This document shows positions 16,637 to 26,709 of a stretch of DNA of 37,549 bases, one piece after another (the stretch's first letter is position 1; the number at the start of each line of letters is the position of its first letter). The stretch comes from an uncultured Ruminococcus sp. Its GTDB lineage: Bacteria; Bacillota; Clostridia; Oscillospirales; Ruminococcaceae. Where the stretch lies: contig CAZKJC010000002.1 in NCBI GenBank assembly GCA_964552995.1, positions 1,873 through 39,421 on the forward strand, read 5' to 3'. Both the position numbers and the translations under genes were made by a program. The notes beneath the pieces were generated by a model, which was given only the letters and a program-made list of their open reading frames with translations, had not been told where the DNA came from and made no database searches.

Positions 16637-16909
16637 ATGGAGATCAAAAGAATTAACGGAGTGATAACTTCATACACTTCGCAGAAAGTCAGTGCTCCTA
16701 ACAGATCCGATGCCTCTGCTTCCGCTAAAAAGACAGACAGAACAGACAGGATCGAATTCGGCTTTGCCGACGCGCTGACGGCGGCAAGAAGCGGGATCGC
16801 ACAGGATATAAGAGCGGACGCCACGCCGCAGGAGCTGCTTGAAGCGCAGCGATCCGCGGAGGAGGGCGTTGACCCCGCGGAGCTTGCGGGCTATATCTTG
16901 ATGGGGTGA
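16637..16909 (+). CDS. flgM: Putative anti-sigma-28 factor FlgM (divergent)
   Basis: 90 aa, first gene before flgN-flgK; MEI...DRIEF and C-terminal VDPAELAGYIL resemble FlgM; strong RBS. Confidence 0.6.
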   Translation: MEIKRINGVITSYTSQKVSAPNRSDASASAKKTDRTDRIEFGFADALTAARSGIAQDIRADATPQELLEAQRSAEEGVDPAELAGYILMG

Positions 16910-16913
16910 TAAG

Positions 16914-17396
16914 ATGACTGAAAGAGTTACAAACGCGGTTACGCGGTGTCTGGAGATAGATGTGGATTTTTACAGAGAGCTTCTTGTCTTTCTGATGAAA
17001 AAACGCACGAAGATAATGACGGACGACCTGGAGTGGCTAACGGAGTCGCTCAATAAGGAGCAGGCGTTCCTTATGAAAAGCAAATCGCTCGAGGAAAAGA
17101 GAGAGGAGCTTTTCAAGGGTCTGGGATTGCAGGGCAGAAAACTCGCGGAGCTTGTTGAAGAGGCTCCCGAGAGTTACAGAGCAAAGATGAATTTGCTTAT
17201 AAATCAACTTACGGAGCTGCTTGAGAACATCAAGACGATAAACGAGGAAACAAACGATATCGTCAAGAAGAAGCTGGAGAATCAGCGGGAATTTGTTAAG
17301 CAGGCGGGTATTTTTGAAAAGCCCGAGACCTACGACAAAAGCGCGTCAAAGGTTTACGGCGGAGTATCGACGGCCCAGGTTATCAGGCAGATTTAG
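16914..17396 (+). CDS. flgN: Flagellar export chaperone FlgN
   Basis: 160-aa helical protein, LEEKR and INEETN motifs, directly before flgK. Confidence 0.8.
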   Translation: MTERVTNAVTRCLEIDVDFYRELLVFLMKKRTKIMTDDLEWLTESLNKEQAFLMKSKSLEEKREELFKGLGLQGRKLAELVEEAPESYRAKMNLLINQLTELLENIKTINEETNDIVKKKLENQREFVKQAGIFEKPETYDKSASKVYGGVSTAQVIRQI

Positions 17397-17407
17397 GAGG
17401 ACAGAAA

Positions 17408-18976
17408 ATGCGATCTACGATGTTGGGATTTGAGGTTCAGAAAAGGACCTTACAGATGGCTACTAAGTGCCAGGATATTGTCGGAAATAACATTTCCAAT
17501 GTAAATACCCCCGGGTATACCAGACAGCGGGTCGATCTGTACGCGATGTACGTTTCGTCAATCGGAGAGCTTCGCTGGAGCAGCTACTCGAACAGACTCT
17601 CCCTTAACGGATATGGAGTGAACGCCTACGGCGTTTCTCAGGTGAGAGACCCTTATATAGACAAGCGTTACCGCGAAAACGTCGCGACAGAGGCGGAGAC
17701 CGAAAAGACGACCGTTATACTGTCGGAGATAGAGGACGTGCTGGATAACTTTGAGACGGACGGACTGCAGTATCACACGCAGCAGTTCTTCAACGCGCTC
17801 CAGGATTACTCGGAGGAAAAGCCCGACAGCCGCGAGGTCGCTACCATCGCGAGAAATGCCGCGACGAACCTGTGCCAGGCGCTCAATCAGTACTATGTGG
17901 AATTGAGACAGGTAGAGGATACCTACGTTCGTGAGCTTGAGGATACCGTAGATTATGTCAACGGAATGCTCGAGCAGATGAATATCCTCAACGAGAAGAT
18001 TGCCAAGGAGAAGTTCCATTATCCCGATGATTACGGCCCCAACGAGCTGTACGATGAGCTGAATATGTATGTAGACGAGCTTGCTACCTACGGAAACATT
18101 TTTGTTACATACAACTCCAACGGCACGTTCAGCGTTGATATGGCGGGCGTGAGGATACTTGACGGCGAGAAGTTCAAGACCAACAGCATTATAATGAAGG
18201 ATTACGACGACTACGGAGAGGCTTTGCTGCATTTCTCCAGCGGCGAAGACCTCATTCTGCAAAGCGGAACGTTCAAGGCGTACCAGAATATGATAAACGG
18301 CAACGGCGTGTACGCTACGGGAAATCAGAGCGGTTTCTACGGCATCGCCTACTTCAAGAGCGCGCTCAACGCTTTCGCGAGCACCCTCGCCCAGACCTTC
18401 AACAAGGCTAACGGCTACGAGGAGCCCGGCTACGAGAACAGAGCGATGTTTATGGCGCAGATAGACGGCGTCGAGACCGATTCGGTAGTCATCACCGCGG
18501 GCAATATCCATGTGTCCGAAGCGTGGATGGACGACCCCACCATGATAGGTCAGACCCGCACGCTGGAGAACGGCACATGGAACTACGAGTACGGTTATAA
18601 GGAAATAACCGATACCGAGGGCAACGTTACCTACCAGAACACCAACGTTCTGTACCTCATTTCACAGTTTGATAATATTGACATTAAATTCGGAAACGCC
18701 AACGACTTCAAGGGCTCGTTTTACGAGTATATCTCCTTTATCAGCAATCGTCTCGGACAGACGATACAGTATGAAAAGAGCCGCTATGATACCGCGGTCG
18801 TTACGGTAAACGAACTGCTGGACGCAAGGGACGATGTTTCCGGCGTATCGATGAACGAGGAGGGCTTGGATATGCTGAACTACCAGAAGTGGTTCGCGGC
18901 TTCCTCGAGACTTACTACCGCGATAGATGATATGCTGGATAAGCTTATCAACGGCACCGGCAGAGTCGGACTGTAA
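17408..18976 (+). CDS. flgK: Flagellar hook-associated protein 1
   Basis: GNNISNVNTPGYTRQRV, QVRDPYID, VSGVSMNEE...YQKWFAASSR. Confidence 0.95.
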   Translation: MRSTMLGFEVQKRTLQMATKCQDIVGNNISNVNTPGYTRQRVDLYAMYVSSIGELRWSSYSNRLSLNGYGVNAYGVSQVRDPYIDKRYRENVATEAETEKTTVILSEIEDVLDNFETDGLQYHTQQFFNALQDYSEEKPDSREVATIARNAATNLCQALNQYYVELRQVEDTYVRELEDTVDYVNGMLEQMNILNEKIAKEKFHYPDDYGPNELYDELNMYVDELATYGNIFVTYNSNGTFSVDMAGVRILDGEKFKTNSIIMKDYDDYGEALLHFSSGEDLILQSGTFKAYQNMINGNGVYATGNQSGFYGIAYFKSALNAFASTLAQTFNKANGYEEPGYENRAMFMAQIDGVETDSVVITAGNIHVSEAWMDDPTMIGQTRTLENGTWNYEYGYKEITDTEGNVTYQNTNVLYLISQFDNIDIKFGNANDFKGSFYEYISFISNRLGQTIQYEKSRYDTAVVTVNELLDARDDVSGVSMNEEGLDMLNYQKWFAASSRLTTAIDDMLDKLINGTGRVGL

Positions 18977-18991
18977 TGGAGGTAACGCACA

Positions 18992-20644
18992 ATGAGAATC
19001 ACAAACCAAACGATCTTAAGAGGATATAACCGTAATCTGAACCGCATTGAAGAGCAGAAGACCAACTCTATGCAGAAGATATGGTCGGGGCGCGATTTCA
19101 ACCGTGCCAGCGAGGCTCCTCTTTCCGCGGCAAAGGCGCTGAACGTAAGACGGCAGCTCTACAATACCTGGCAGTATACGGAAAACCTTAAGACAGCCAA
19201 CAAATTCTACACCGAGGCGGAGACCTCTCTGTTGCAGGTGTCGGACGACCTGGCGCTGATCCGCGAAACTCTTATCGCGGCTTGTAATACGTATAAGGAC
19301 AGGGGCGACCTGGCGATCTACGCGCAGCAGCTTGAAACAAAGGCAAAGTCGCTTGTTTCGATCTTCAATACCGATTCCGCGGGGCGCGTAATATACGGCG
19401 GAAGCAACAACGACCAGATGCCCTTCAATATCCTCGAGGACGAGGACGGAAACGCGATCACCGTTACCTATAACGGCGTTCCGATAAACGCTTATAAGGA
19501 CGCGAACATGTTCCCCTGCTCGGACGATGTTTATGTAGACATCGGACTCGGCATGGTGATAAACCAGCAGACCCAGAAGGTCGACCCTCAGTCGGTGCTG
19601 AAGATATCCTTTAACGGCGCGCAGGTCTCCGGCTGCGGCGCGGAGAGCGGGTTCGCGGACATCAACATAGATTCCCTCGGTCCGCTGAAGAATTACGCGC
19701 TGGACGTTTACGCGGGAGATATCAAGAAAACCGTCTACATACGCACGAGCAACACGACGGATAAGCAGACACTTATGCAGGAGGTCGCGGCTAAGATCAA
19801 GGAAGCATACCAGTATGAGGATATAAATGTTGAGATCGACCCCGCGAACGCTTCCGACCTGGATGATAATACTATGGCGATCGATACCGAGACCGGTATC
19901 ATCAGCATAAACAACAAAACGGTCTGCATAATGAACAACCCCAACGTCGACCCCGACAAGTATACCGATATCAAGCTCACAAATGAGATAGGGTATACCG
20001 ATAATTACAGAGTGGGACTGATAGGGCTTGAGGCTAATAAAAACTACTCTATAAGCGTTGAGTGCGGCGGCGAGGAGAAGACCATAACCTTTAAGGCGGC
20101 AGAGTCGACGGGCTCCGATGGAAATCCCAACGGCGAGTATAACCTTAAGGACACGGTGACAGCGATAAATAAGGCTCTGGAGGAGGCTTTCGGCGCGGGC
20201 GACTGTCCGCATATCGACGAGGACGGTATCGTCACCAAAGAGGGCGAAAAGGTTCTGGTAAGGTCGATAAAGAGCGAGAACAACGTCAATGTCGAGCGCG
20301 AGAGGACCTACTCCGAGAACTACATTCAGCTTACGCTTGACGCGGCAAAGGCGCTGAGAAACGGCGATATCGAGTACGCCAACGGCTGTATCGACAGAAT
20401 AGTAAACGCGGGCGAGAGCCTGTTGATAAAGATCGCGGACATGGGCTGCTCGGAGGATTTCATCGACTTCAACATCAATCGTCTTGAAACGCGCGAGACC
20501 AACCTTAAGGAGCGTCAGAACGATCTTGAAGCGGTTGATCCCGAGTATGAGATCACACTGCTCAAGCAGTTTGAGGCGATCTACAATGCCTGCCTGCAGA
20601 TGTCGACGATGACAGTGGGCAACAGTATCTTCAATTATATTTGA
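18992..20644 (+). CDS. flgL: Flagellar hook-associated protein 3
   Basis: MRITNQ...SGRDFNRASEAP N-terminus and SIFNYI C-terminus, downstream of flgK. Confidence 0.9.
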   Translation: MRITNQTILRGYNRNLNRIEEQKTNSMQKIWSGRDFNRASEAPLSAAKALNVRRQLYNTWQYTENLKTANKFYTEAETSLLQVSDDLALIRETLIAACNTYKDRGDLAIYAQQLETKAKSLVSIFNTDSAGRVIYGGSNNDQMPFNILEDEDGNAITVTYNGVPINAYKDANMFPCSDDVYVDIGLGMVINQQTQKVDPQSVLKISFNGAQVSGCGAESGFADINIDSLGPLKNYALDVYAGDIKKTVYIRTSNTTDKQTLMQEVAAKIKEAYQYEDINVEIDPANASDLDDNTMAIDTETGIISINNKTVCIMNNPNVDPDKYTDIKLTNEIGYTDNYRVGLIGLEANKNYSISVECGGEEKTITFKAAESTGSDGNPNGEYNLKDTVTAINKALEEAFGAGDCPHIDEDGIVTKEGEKVLVRSIKSENNVNVERERTYSENYIQLTLDAAKALRNGDIEYANGCIDRIVNAGESLLIKIADMGCSEDFIDFNINRLETRETNLKERQNDLEAVDPEYEITLLKQFEAIYNACLQMSTMTVGNSIFNYI

Positions 20645-20745
20645 TCGTAAAATAGCACAGGGCGGCTGAGCGCGAAAAAATTCGCCGAATCCGCCCCCTG
20701 CGGGCATATATGGGCAATGTGCCCGTAACGGAAAGAGCATTTTTT

Positions 20746-20861
20746 AATTGACAATGTATAATGTATAATTGACAATTTCGGAACGCGGCTTTGCCGCGAT
20801 TTAGATCGCCGCCGCAGGCGGTGTACCTTAATTATACATTATCAATTGTACATTATCAATT
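20746..20861. repeat. Heptamer-armed palindromic element family B, full copy
   Basis: Left arm AATTGAC/AATGTAT x4; right arm ATACATT/ATCAATT/GTACATT x4 (reverse complement); core hairpins GCGGCTTTGCCGC and CGCCGCAGGCG. Confidence 0.88.
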
Positions 20862-20973
20862 TCAAAAAGCGGCTCAGGATAAAAGCAAATATTAACGGCG
20901 GCGCTGTGTGCATGATGCGTAAAACAAGCGCGGCTGTAAAATAGTTCAAAAATCAAAAAAGGAGGTGTTGGTT

Positions 20974-21594
20974 TTGAACCCTAATTTGCTGCAGATAACC
21001 ACGATCCCGATAAAAATTGAGATCAAGGTGACCAATGCGACCTACGAGTATCCCGACGACCGGCAGCCTAAGGTGAATATTTCCACAAGAAACGGAGGTT
21101 ATGTTATGGAAGCAGAGCCTCTCAAGCTGAAAATTGACACCTATGAGGCGAGAAAGAGCCTTGGCTTCGGACATATGACCGACGGCGATATGCTTAAGCA
21201 GAAGGCGAACGAGGGTTGGTCGCTCGCTTTTCAGGGCACGGCGCGCGTTGCTTCGGAGGGCGATATGCTGGCGAGAGGCGTCAAGGCTTCGGATATAGCC
21301 AGGCAGAACGTCCGCGCGGGGGCTACCGTTGAGACTATCATGGAGTTTCTGCCTAAGGAGGGCGCGGATATCACCTTTGAAGCGGGCACGCTCAACATCG
21401 AGTATCAGATGGGTACGCAGGATATTGATTGGGATCTTAAGCCCGATCTTCCGATGGAATTTATCCCGGGCAGCGTAGAGCTTATCGTCAAGGATTATCC
21501 CCGCGTGGAGATCGAGTATACCGGCGATCCGATATACTTCCCCGTGAGCGCTAACCCGAATTACGATCCGCCTGTTATTGACGTAAAGGTATAG
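20974..21594 (+). CDS. DUF6470 (YviE-like) flagellar-locus protein
   Basis: LKIDTYEARKSLG, EFIPG and IEYTGDPIYFP patterns; position between flgL and fliW; TTG after GGAGG. Confidence 0.75.
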   Translation: MNPNLLQITTIPIKIEIKVTNATYEYPDDRQPKVNISTRNGGYVMEAEPLKLKIDTYEARKSLGFGHMTDGDMLKQKANEGWSLAFQGTARVASEGDMLARGVKASDIARQNVRAGATVETIMEFLPKEGADITFEAGTLNIEYQMGTQDIDWDLKPDLPMEFIPGSVELIVKDYPRVEIEYTGDPIYFPVSANPNYDPPVIDVKV

Positions 21595-21658
21595 CGGCGC
21601 GGCGGTCTGCGCGACGCCGCCATAACGTGAAAGGAGCCGCCGTTTCCGGCGCAGTGAT

Positions 21659-22090
21659 ATGAAGATTATTACCAGAGATTTCGGAGAGGTGGAGATCAAC
21701 GAAAAGACGATCATAACCTTTCCCGAGGGTATCATAGGTTTTGAGGAGACAAAGCGCTACGCGCTGTTAAGTCCTCTCGGGGAGGGAAAGTTCCCCATGT
21801 GGCTCCAGTCTGTTGAGAATGCCGAGCCCTGCTTTGTAGTGTACGATCCCGCGTTGGTATGTCCCGACTACCGCTTTGAGATATCCGACGAGGAGCAGGA
21901 GCTGCTGAACATGGACGAGGAGACCCCTTATGTCATGCTGGCGGTGGCGATCGTTCCCGACGATTACAGAAAAACGACGATCAACCTCAGATGTCCGATC
22001 GTGTTCAATACAAGGGACAATATCGCCGCGCAGATAATTTTGACGGAACATTATGACTTCAAATGCCCCGTATATTCCGAGGAGGGTTGA
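21659..22090 (+). CDS. fliW: Flagellar assembly factor FliW
   Basis: TRDFGEVEI, FPEGIIGFE, WLQS, TINLRCPIV, AQIIL. Confidence 0.95.
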   Translation: MKIITRDFGEVEINEKTIITFPEGIIGFEETKRYALLSPLGEGKFPMWLQSVENAEPCFVVYDPALVCPDYRFEISDEEQELLNMDEETPYVMLAVAIVPDDYRKTTINLRCPIVFNTRDNIAAQIILTEHYDFKCPVYSEEG

Positions 22091-22091
22091 T

Positions 22092-22325
22092 ATGCTGGTA
22101 GTTACCCGAAAACAGGACGAAAGCATTTTAATATCCGACAACATCGAGATTACGGTGCTGGAGATAAGCAGAGATAAGGTGAAGATCGGAGTAAATGCTC
22201 CCAAAGAGATAAAAATCATCAGAAGCGAGCTTAAGGAGACACAGGCGACCAACGAGCAGGCGGCGCAGGTTTCCGGAATAGGCATCGATGCGCTTCTGAA
22301 ATCACATAACCAGGAGGACAAGTAA
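22092..22325 (+). CDS. csrA: Carbon storage regulator CsrA
   Basis: MLVVTRKQDESILISDNIEITVL...VKIGVNAPKEIKIIRSEL; ATG 22092 after GGAGG. Confidence 0.96.
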   Translation: MLVVTRKQDESILISDNIEITVLEISRDKVKIGVNAPKEIKIIRSELKETQATNEQAAQVSGIGIDALLKSHNQEDK

Positions 22326-24743
22326 ATGGCGTCAAGCAATACCATCCGCTTCAGCGGTATGAATTCGGGCCTGGATACCGAAAGCATTATCCAGGGCATG
22401 ATGGAGACCTATCAGACCAAGATAGATAATCAGCAGAAGAAGCTCACTACGCTTACCTGGCAGCAGGAGGCGTACCGCGACGTTATAGATAAGCTGACTG
22501 CCTTTAAGAATAAGTACTTCAATATTCTTAACAAGAATAGCTATCTGATGAGCCCGACCAAGTTCAATACGTTCACCAGCAACATTACCAACGTCACGAG
22601 CGGAAAGGACGCTATGGGCTTAAAGGTCACCACGACCTCTTCCTCGCTGAGCGGGAATTACAAGGTAAGGGTCGACCAGCTTGCCACGGCGGCTAAGGCT
22701 GAGGGCGCTACGCTCAAGTCCGACTCGTTCTCGCTTGATCTCGACAAAGCGGCGGAGCACTCTGCCTATACAACCGAGGCAGAGAACGGCAGCCTTGTAA
22801 GAAAGTATAATTTCGAGCTGGATGTCCGCGTTGGCAGCGTTACCAAGAGCGTTTCCGTTTCGGTAGACGCTGTTGAGACCAACGGCAAGATAGATATGGA
22901 TCAGTTCAGACAGGATACGCTGGACGCGCTGAACAAGCAGCTCCAGGAGGATTTCGGTTATTCCGGAAAGAGCGGCGCGGGCGTAACGGGTCAGGTGGAC
23001 GACGACGGCAAGGAATGGTATATCCAGGGCAAGCTGAACGATGACGGTAAGATCGAGTTTGACGTAGGCGGAAACGCGACCGCGTACATCACCGAAAAGA
23101 CCGGAAACTTCGGTCTTGCTCAGCCCTCGGATAAGGTAGCCGTAGCGATGCAGAGCGTTGTCAACGGTAACAATACCGTCAGCATAACGGTAAATGGTGT
23201 TACACAAGAAGTCACTTTCAATGCCTCTACGTCTTCATGGTTTGATGGCAAGGATAAAGAGGGCAACGAGGGTATAGCAGAGATATATAACCGATATAAG
23301 CTGGCTGCTTACAAAAAGGAGTACAAGCTCCCTGATAACGCAGAGGTTTCTGAGGAGCAGCTGGAGAAATTCTCTTACACCACTACCCAGGCGGCAAAGG
23401 ATTATAATTCCGAGCAGCTTGAATGGCAGCTTAATAGGGTGTTCCGTCACCAGGGCATCACTTTCGACATTGACGGCTCCTATATGACGGCTAAGGACGG
23501 GGACGGCAAGAGCGTTGATTTTTCGCTGACTTCTGTCGAGGGCGGTACGCTCGGTCTTACAAAGGGTTCCTCCTCCAACAAATACTCCGGCTCCACCACG
23601 CTGTCCGCTATGGGCATTAAGGAGAACGGCGAAGAGGGCGGCTATACCTTCAACATCAACGGTAAGGAGGTATTTGTTGAGCACGGCGGCACTATCAACG
23701 ATCTTATCACCGCGGTTAAGCAGAGCGGCGCGGGCGTTACGCTGACGTTCTCCAACCTCTCGAATAAATTCGAGCTGACCGCCAACGATATGGGCAACGG
23801 CGGAAAGATAGACATCGAGGGCAACGATATCACCAAGGCTCTCGGTCTTACCGGAGATGATGGCAAGACCATCGGCTTCACCGCGGGTCAGAACGCTATA
23901 ATCAACGTAAACGGCGAGGAGATATATCACAACTCAAACGACTTTACGGTTGACGGAACTACTTTCAGCTTTGATGAAACTATCACGATCGGAGATACAT
24001 ACAATGTAGGCATTGAGAAGAGCTACGATGATGTCAAGCAGACCATCAAGGACTTCGTGAACGACTACAATCAGCTTATCGACGACGTTTACGGTCATAT
24101 CGGGACCGCGCGCAAGAAGGACAGCAAGGATAACTACTACGAGCCTCTTACCGACGCGGAGAAGGAGTCGATGACCACCGAGCAGATCGAGAAGTGGGAG
24201 GAAGCCGCAAAGACGGGCGTTATTTATAACGATTCCACCATCTCGGGCATTATGTCGCAGATCCGCTCCGCGCTTTACGGCAGTATAAAGCTCGATGACG
24301 GAACCAGCTTCGGACTGTACAGCATGGGCATCAAGACCTCGGACGATTTCACCGCTCACGGCAAGCTGGAGATAGACGAGGACGCTTTCAACGCGGCTTT
24401 CGAGAAGAACGCCGCAGCGATAGAGAAGCTGTTTACCGACAGCGAGACCGGCATTATGAAGAAGGTAAACACCGTTTTCGACAACGCCGTAAGAACTACC
24501 AGCACAAATCCCGGTTCTCTCGTGCGCAAGGCGGGTCTTGCAACGGGTCTTACCGCCACCAAGAACACCATGTATACGCAGATGCAGACTATAACAAAGC
24601 GCATTCAGCAGTTACAGGAAAAGTACGAATCCAAGGAAGAGTACTGGTGGAAGGTATTTACAAATCTTGAGTCCGCCATGTCCGATCTTAATTCCCAGAG
24701 CAACTACCTGGCGTCCTATCTGGGCAGCATGACCGGTCAGTAA
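22326..24743 (+). CDS. fliD: Flagellar filament cap protein (805 aa)
   Basis: SGMNSGLDTESII N-terminus; IKDFVNDYN, YEPLTD, FTNLESAMSDLNSQ C-terminus. Confidence 0.95.
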   Translation: MASSNTIRFSGMNSGLDTESIIQGMMETYQTKIDNQQKKLTTLTWQQEAYRDVIDKLTAFKNKYFNILNKNSYLMSPTKFNTFTSNITNVTSGKDAMGLKVTTTSSSLSGNYKVRVDQLATAAKAEGATLKSDSFSLDLDKAAEHSAYTTEAENGSLVRKYNFELDVRVGSVTKSVSVSVDAVETNGKIDMDQFRQDTLDALNKQLQEDFGYSGKSGAGVTGQVDDDGKEWYIQGKLNDDGKIEFDVGGNATAYITEKTGNFGLAQPSDKVAVAMQSVVNGNNTVSITVNGVTQEVTFNASTSSWFDGKDKEGNEGIAEIYNRYKLAAYKKEYKLPDNAEVSEEQLEKFSYTTTQAAKDYNSEQLEWQLNRVFRHQGITFDIDGSYMTAKDGDGKSVDFSLTSVEGGTLGLTKGSSSNKYSGSTTLSAMGIKENGEEGGYTFNINGKEVFVEHGGTINDLITAVKQSGAGVTLTFSNLSNKFELTANDMGNGGKIDIEGNDITKALGLTGDDGKTIGFTAGQNAIINVNGEEIYHNSNDFTVDGTTFSFDETITIGDTYNVGIEKSYDDVKQTIKDFVNDYNQLIDDVYGHIGTARKKDSKDNYYEPLTDAEKESMTTEQIEKWEEAAKTGVIYNDSTISGIMSQIRSALYGSIKLDDGTSFGLYSMGIKTSDDFTAHGKLEIDEDAFNAAFEKNAAAIEKLFTDSETGIMKKVNTVFDNAVRTTSTNPGSLVRKAGLATGLTATKNTMYTQMQTITKRIQQLQEKYESKEEYWWKVFTNLESAMSDLNSQSNYLASYLGSMTGQ

Positions 24744-24763
24744 TCGGAAGGAGAGGGAGAGTT

Positions 24764-25174
24764 ATGGTTAATCCCTATTCGGCATATAAAAAGTCCTCTG
24801 TTTCTACGATGACGCCCGTTGAGGTGGTCATAAAGCTCTATGCCGAGATCGAGCGTCAGCTCGCCATCGGCGTGAGTTGCGTTGAGGAAAAGAAGGACAA
24901 CGCCAAGGCGAATGAGGCTTTCCTTAAGGCGCAGGAGTGCATTTCCGCGCTCCGTGAGGCGTTGGATATGTCCATTCCGATCTCAAACAATCTTGAGCAG
25001 CTTTACGTTTTCTTTTACAAGGAAATGATAAAGGCGAATATCCATAAGGACTGCACCGAGATCAAGAAGATAATCCCCATGATAGCCGACCTGCGCGACG
25101 CTTTTACGCAGATAAGCCAGATGACAAAAGAGGAGATCGAGGCGCAGGAAAAGGGCAAGAAAAAGCCCGTTTGA
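24764..25174 (+). CDS. fliS: Flagellin export chaperone FliS
   Basis: NPYSAYK...TMTPVEVVIKLY, KAQECI, LDM...ISNNLEQLY, LRDAF. Confidence 0.93.
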   Translation: MVNPYSAYKKSSVSTMTPVEVVIKLYAEIERQLAIGVSCVEEKKDNAKANEAFLKAQECISALREALDMSIPISNNLEQLYVFFYKEMIKANIHKDCTEIKKIIPMIADLRDAFTQISQMTKEEIEAQEKGKKKPV

Positions 25175-25297
25175 TCTGCCGGAACACAAGCTCTTTGATC
25201 GTTTACTTGGGGGAACGCTTCGGGGCGCACGGTAACGAATTTCTTAAAACAGACATAAAATATATCAAAGCGCGCGGCGCTGAAGGGGGGATTTACT

Positions 25298-25783
25298 ATG
25301 GCGGAGCTGTACGGCTGTGAGAGAGTAATTGAAATTATGGAGCAGATCCTGCAGACGCTCCAGACCTATGAAAAGGAAACGGATACCATGGTAAATGCCG
25401 ACCTGGAAACGCTGCAGCGCGGTCTGATAGCGCGCAACGAGCTTATTGAAACGCTCGATATCCTCAAGGACGATCTGGACGGAGCTATTGAGTTTGAAAT
25501 GGGCGAGGAACGCGATCTGCTGAAGAACCTTGTGAAAGGCGGCTATATTTCTGTGGTACTGGACGATCCGCACAGAAGAGTGCAGCGGCTCCAGAGCAAC
25601 ATATCCGTTGCAAAGCAGCGCATTCTGGATAAGGACAGGGTCATCTCCGAGCAGTTCAGAAATCAGCATAAGGACTCCCGCAAGGAGCTTGAACAGCTCC
25701 GTCAGACCAAGCAGAAGATCGGCTACTACAACAGCGCGGTCGTCGGCAGGGCTACCGGTCAGTCGCTCAATAAAAACCTTTGA
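25298..25783 (+). CDS. Helical flagellar chaperone-like protein (FlgN/FliT-like)
   Basis: 161-aa helical protein after fliS; assignment mainly positional. Confidence 0.5.
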   Translation: MAELYGCERVIEIMEQILQTLQTYEKETDTMVNADLETLQRGLIARNELIETLDILKDDLDGAIEFEMGEERDLLKNLVKGGYISVVLDDPHRRVQRLQSNISVAKQRILDKDRVISEQFRNQHKDSRKELEQLRQTKQKIGYYNSAVVGRATGQSLNKNL

Positions 25784-25852
25784 AATATCCCCTTTTCGGG
25801 ATCGTGTTAATAAGTTATGTACTGACAAATCGGGGATCATGGAGGGGCTGTT

Positions 25853-26392
25853 GTGAACGCGCTTGTCATAAACTGTAGTCCTGTGAAAACAGGGGCAACG
25901 GCAGAAATAGTGAATATTGCTGCGGAAAAAATATCTCATAAGTACAATGTGAAAAATGTTTGTATTGATGACTATAATTTTAAGTTTTGCAGGGGTTGCA
26001 GGACTTGTCATGCAACCGCAAAATGTGTCTACAGTGATGACATAGATTTGTTGATGAATGAATTTGAATGGGCTGATATAATCGTTTCGGTTTCTCCCTC
26101 ATATTGGGCAGATATTCCCGGGCAATTTAAAGCGTTCATTGACAGATGTACACCATGGTGCAATACCCACGAACCGCATGCGACCATCAGTTCCGGTAAA
26201 AAAGGCTATGTGATAGCCCTGCGAACGGGTCCCGGTATGAGAGAATGCGATAAAATCATTGGCAGTATAGAACATTTTTATGGTCACTTAGAAATTGAAT
26301 GCTACGGAAAACTTGGTTTATGTTCGGTGGAATTTAAAGAGGCTGTAAAAAACAAAGAAGATGAAATATTTGCTTTTTGTGAGCAAATTTAG
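25853..26392 (+). CDS. Flavodoxin family / iron-sulfur flavoprotein (NADPH-dependent FMN reductase fold)
   Basis: INCSPVKTGAT, CRGCRTC-x5-C, SPSYW, FKAFIDR. Confidence 0.88.
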   Translation: MNALVINCSPVKTGATAEIVNIAAEKISHKYNVKNVCIDDYNFKFCRGCRTCHATAKCVYSDDIDLLMNEFEWADIIVSVSPSYWADIPGQFKAFIDRCTPWCNTHEPHATISSGKKGYVIALRTGPGMRECDKIIGSIEHFYGHLEIECYGKLGLCSVEFKEAVKNKEDEIFAFCEQI

Positions 26393-26459
26393 GCGTATGC
26401 AGCTTCAAGCTTGCAGAGCAGTCAATTGGATAACTTCCTCAAAATGTGATGAAACAACG

Positions 26460-26486
26460 ATGCCGCCCATCAGGGCGGCATTATTT
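26460..26486 (+). terminator. Terminator after the flavoprotein gene
   Basis: ATGCCGCCC-atca-GGGCGGCAT then TATTT. Confidence 0.75.
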
Positions 26487-26579
26487 GCATTTGCTCCATT
26501 ACTCCCAACAAAAACCCCGCTCTTTTTTTGTTAAAAGTTCACAAAAAACTTTATGATTTTCTTTTTTTATTAACAACAC

Positions 26580-26608
26580 TTGAAAAAAAGCGCGATTTAT
26601 TGTATAAT
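26580..26608 (+). promoter_or_regulatory. Sigma-A promoter of the EAL-HDOD gene
   Basis: TTGAAA-17 bp-TATAAT. Confidence 0.7.
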
Positions 26609-26709
26609 TATTGTTAAGAATGCAATTGTGTGCAGACGCGGCAGCGCGGAACAATAATTCCGGCGGACTGTGAGCCGCACGGCAAATCGGGGCTAAGGAG
26701 CGTGGGAAG

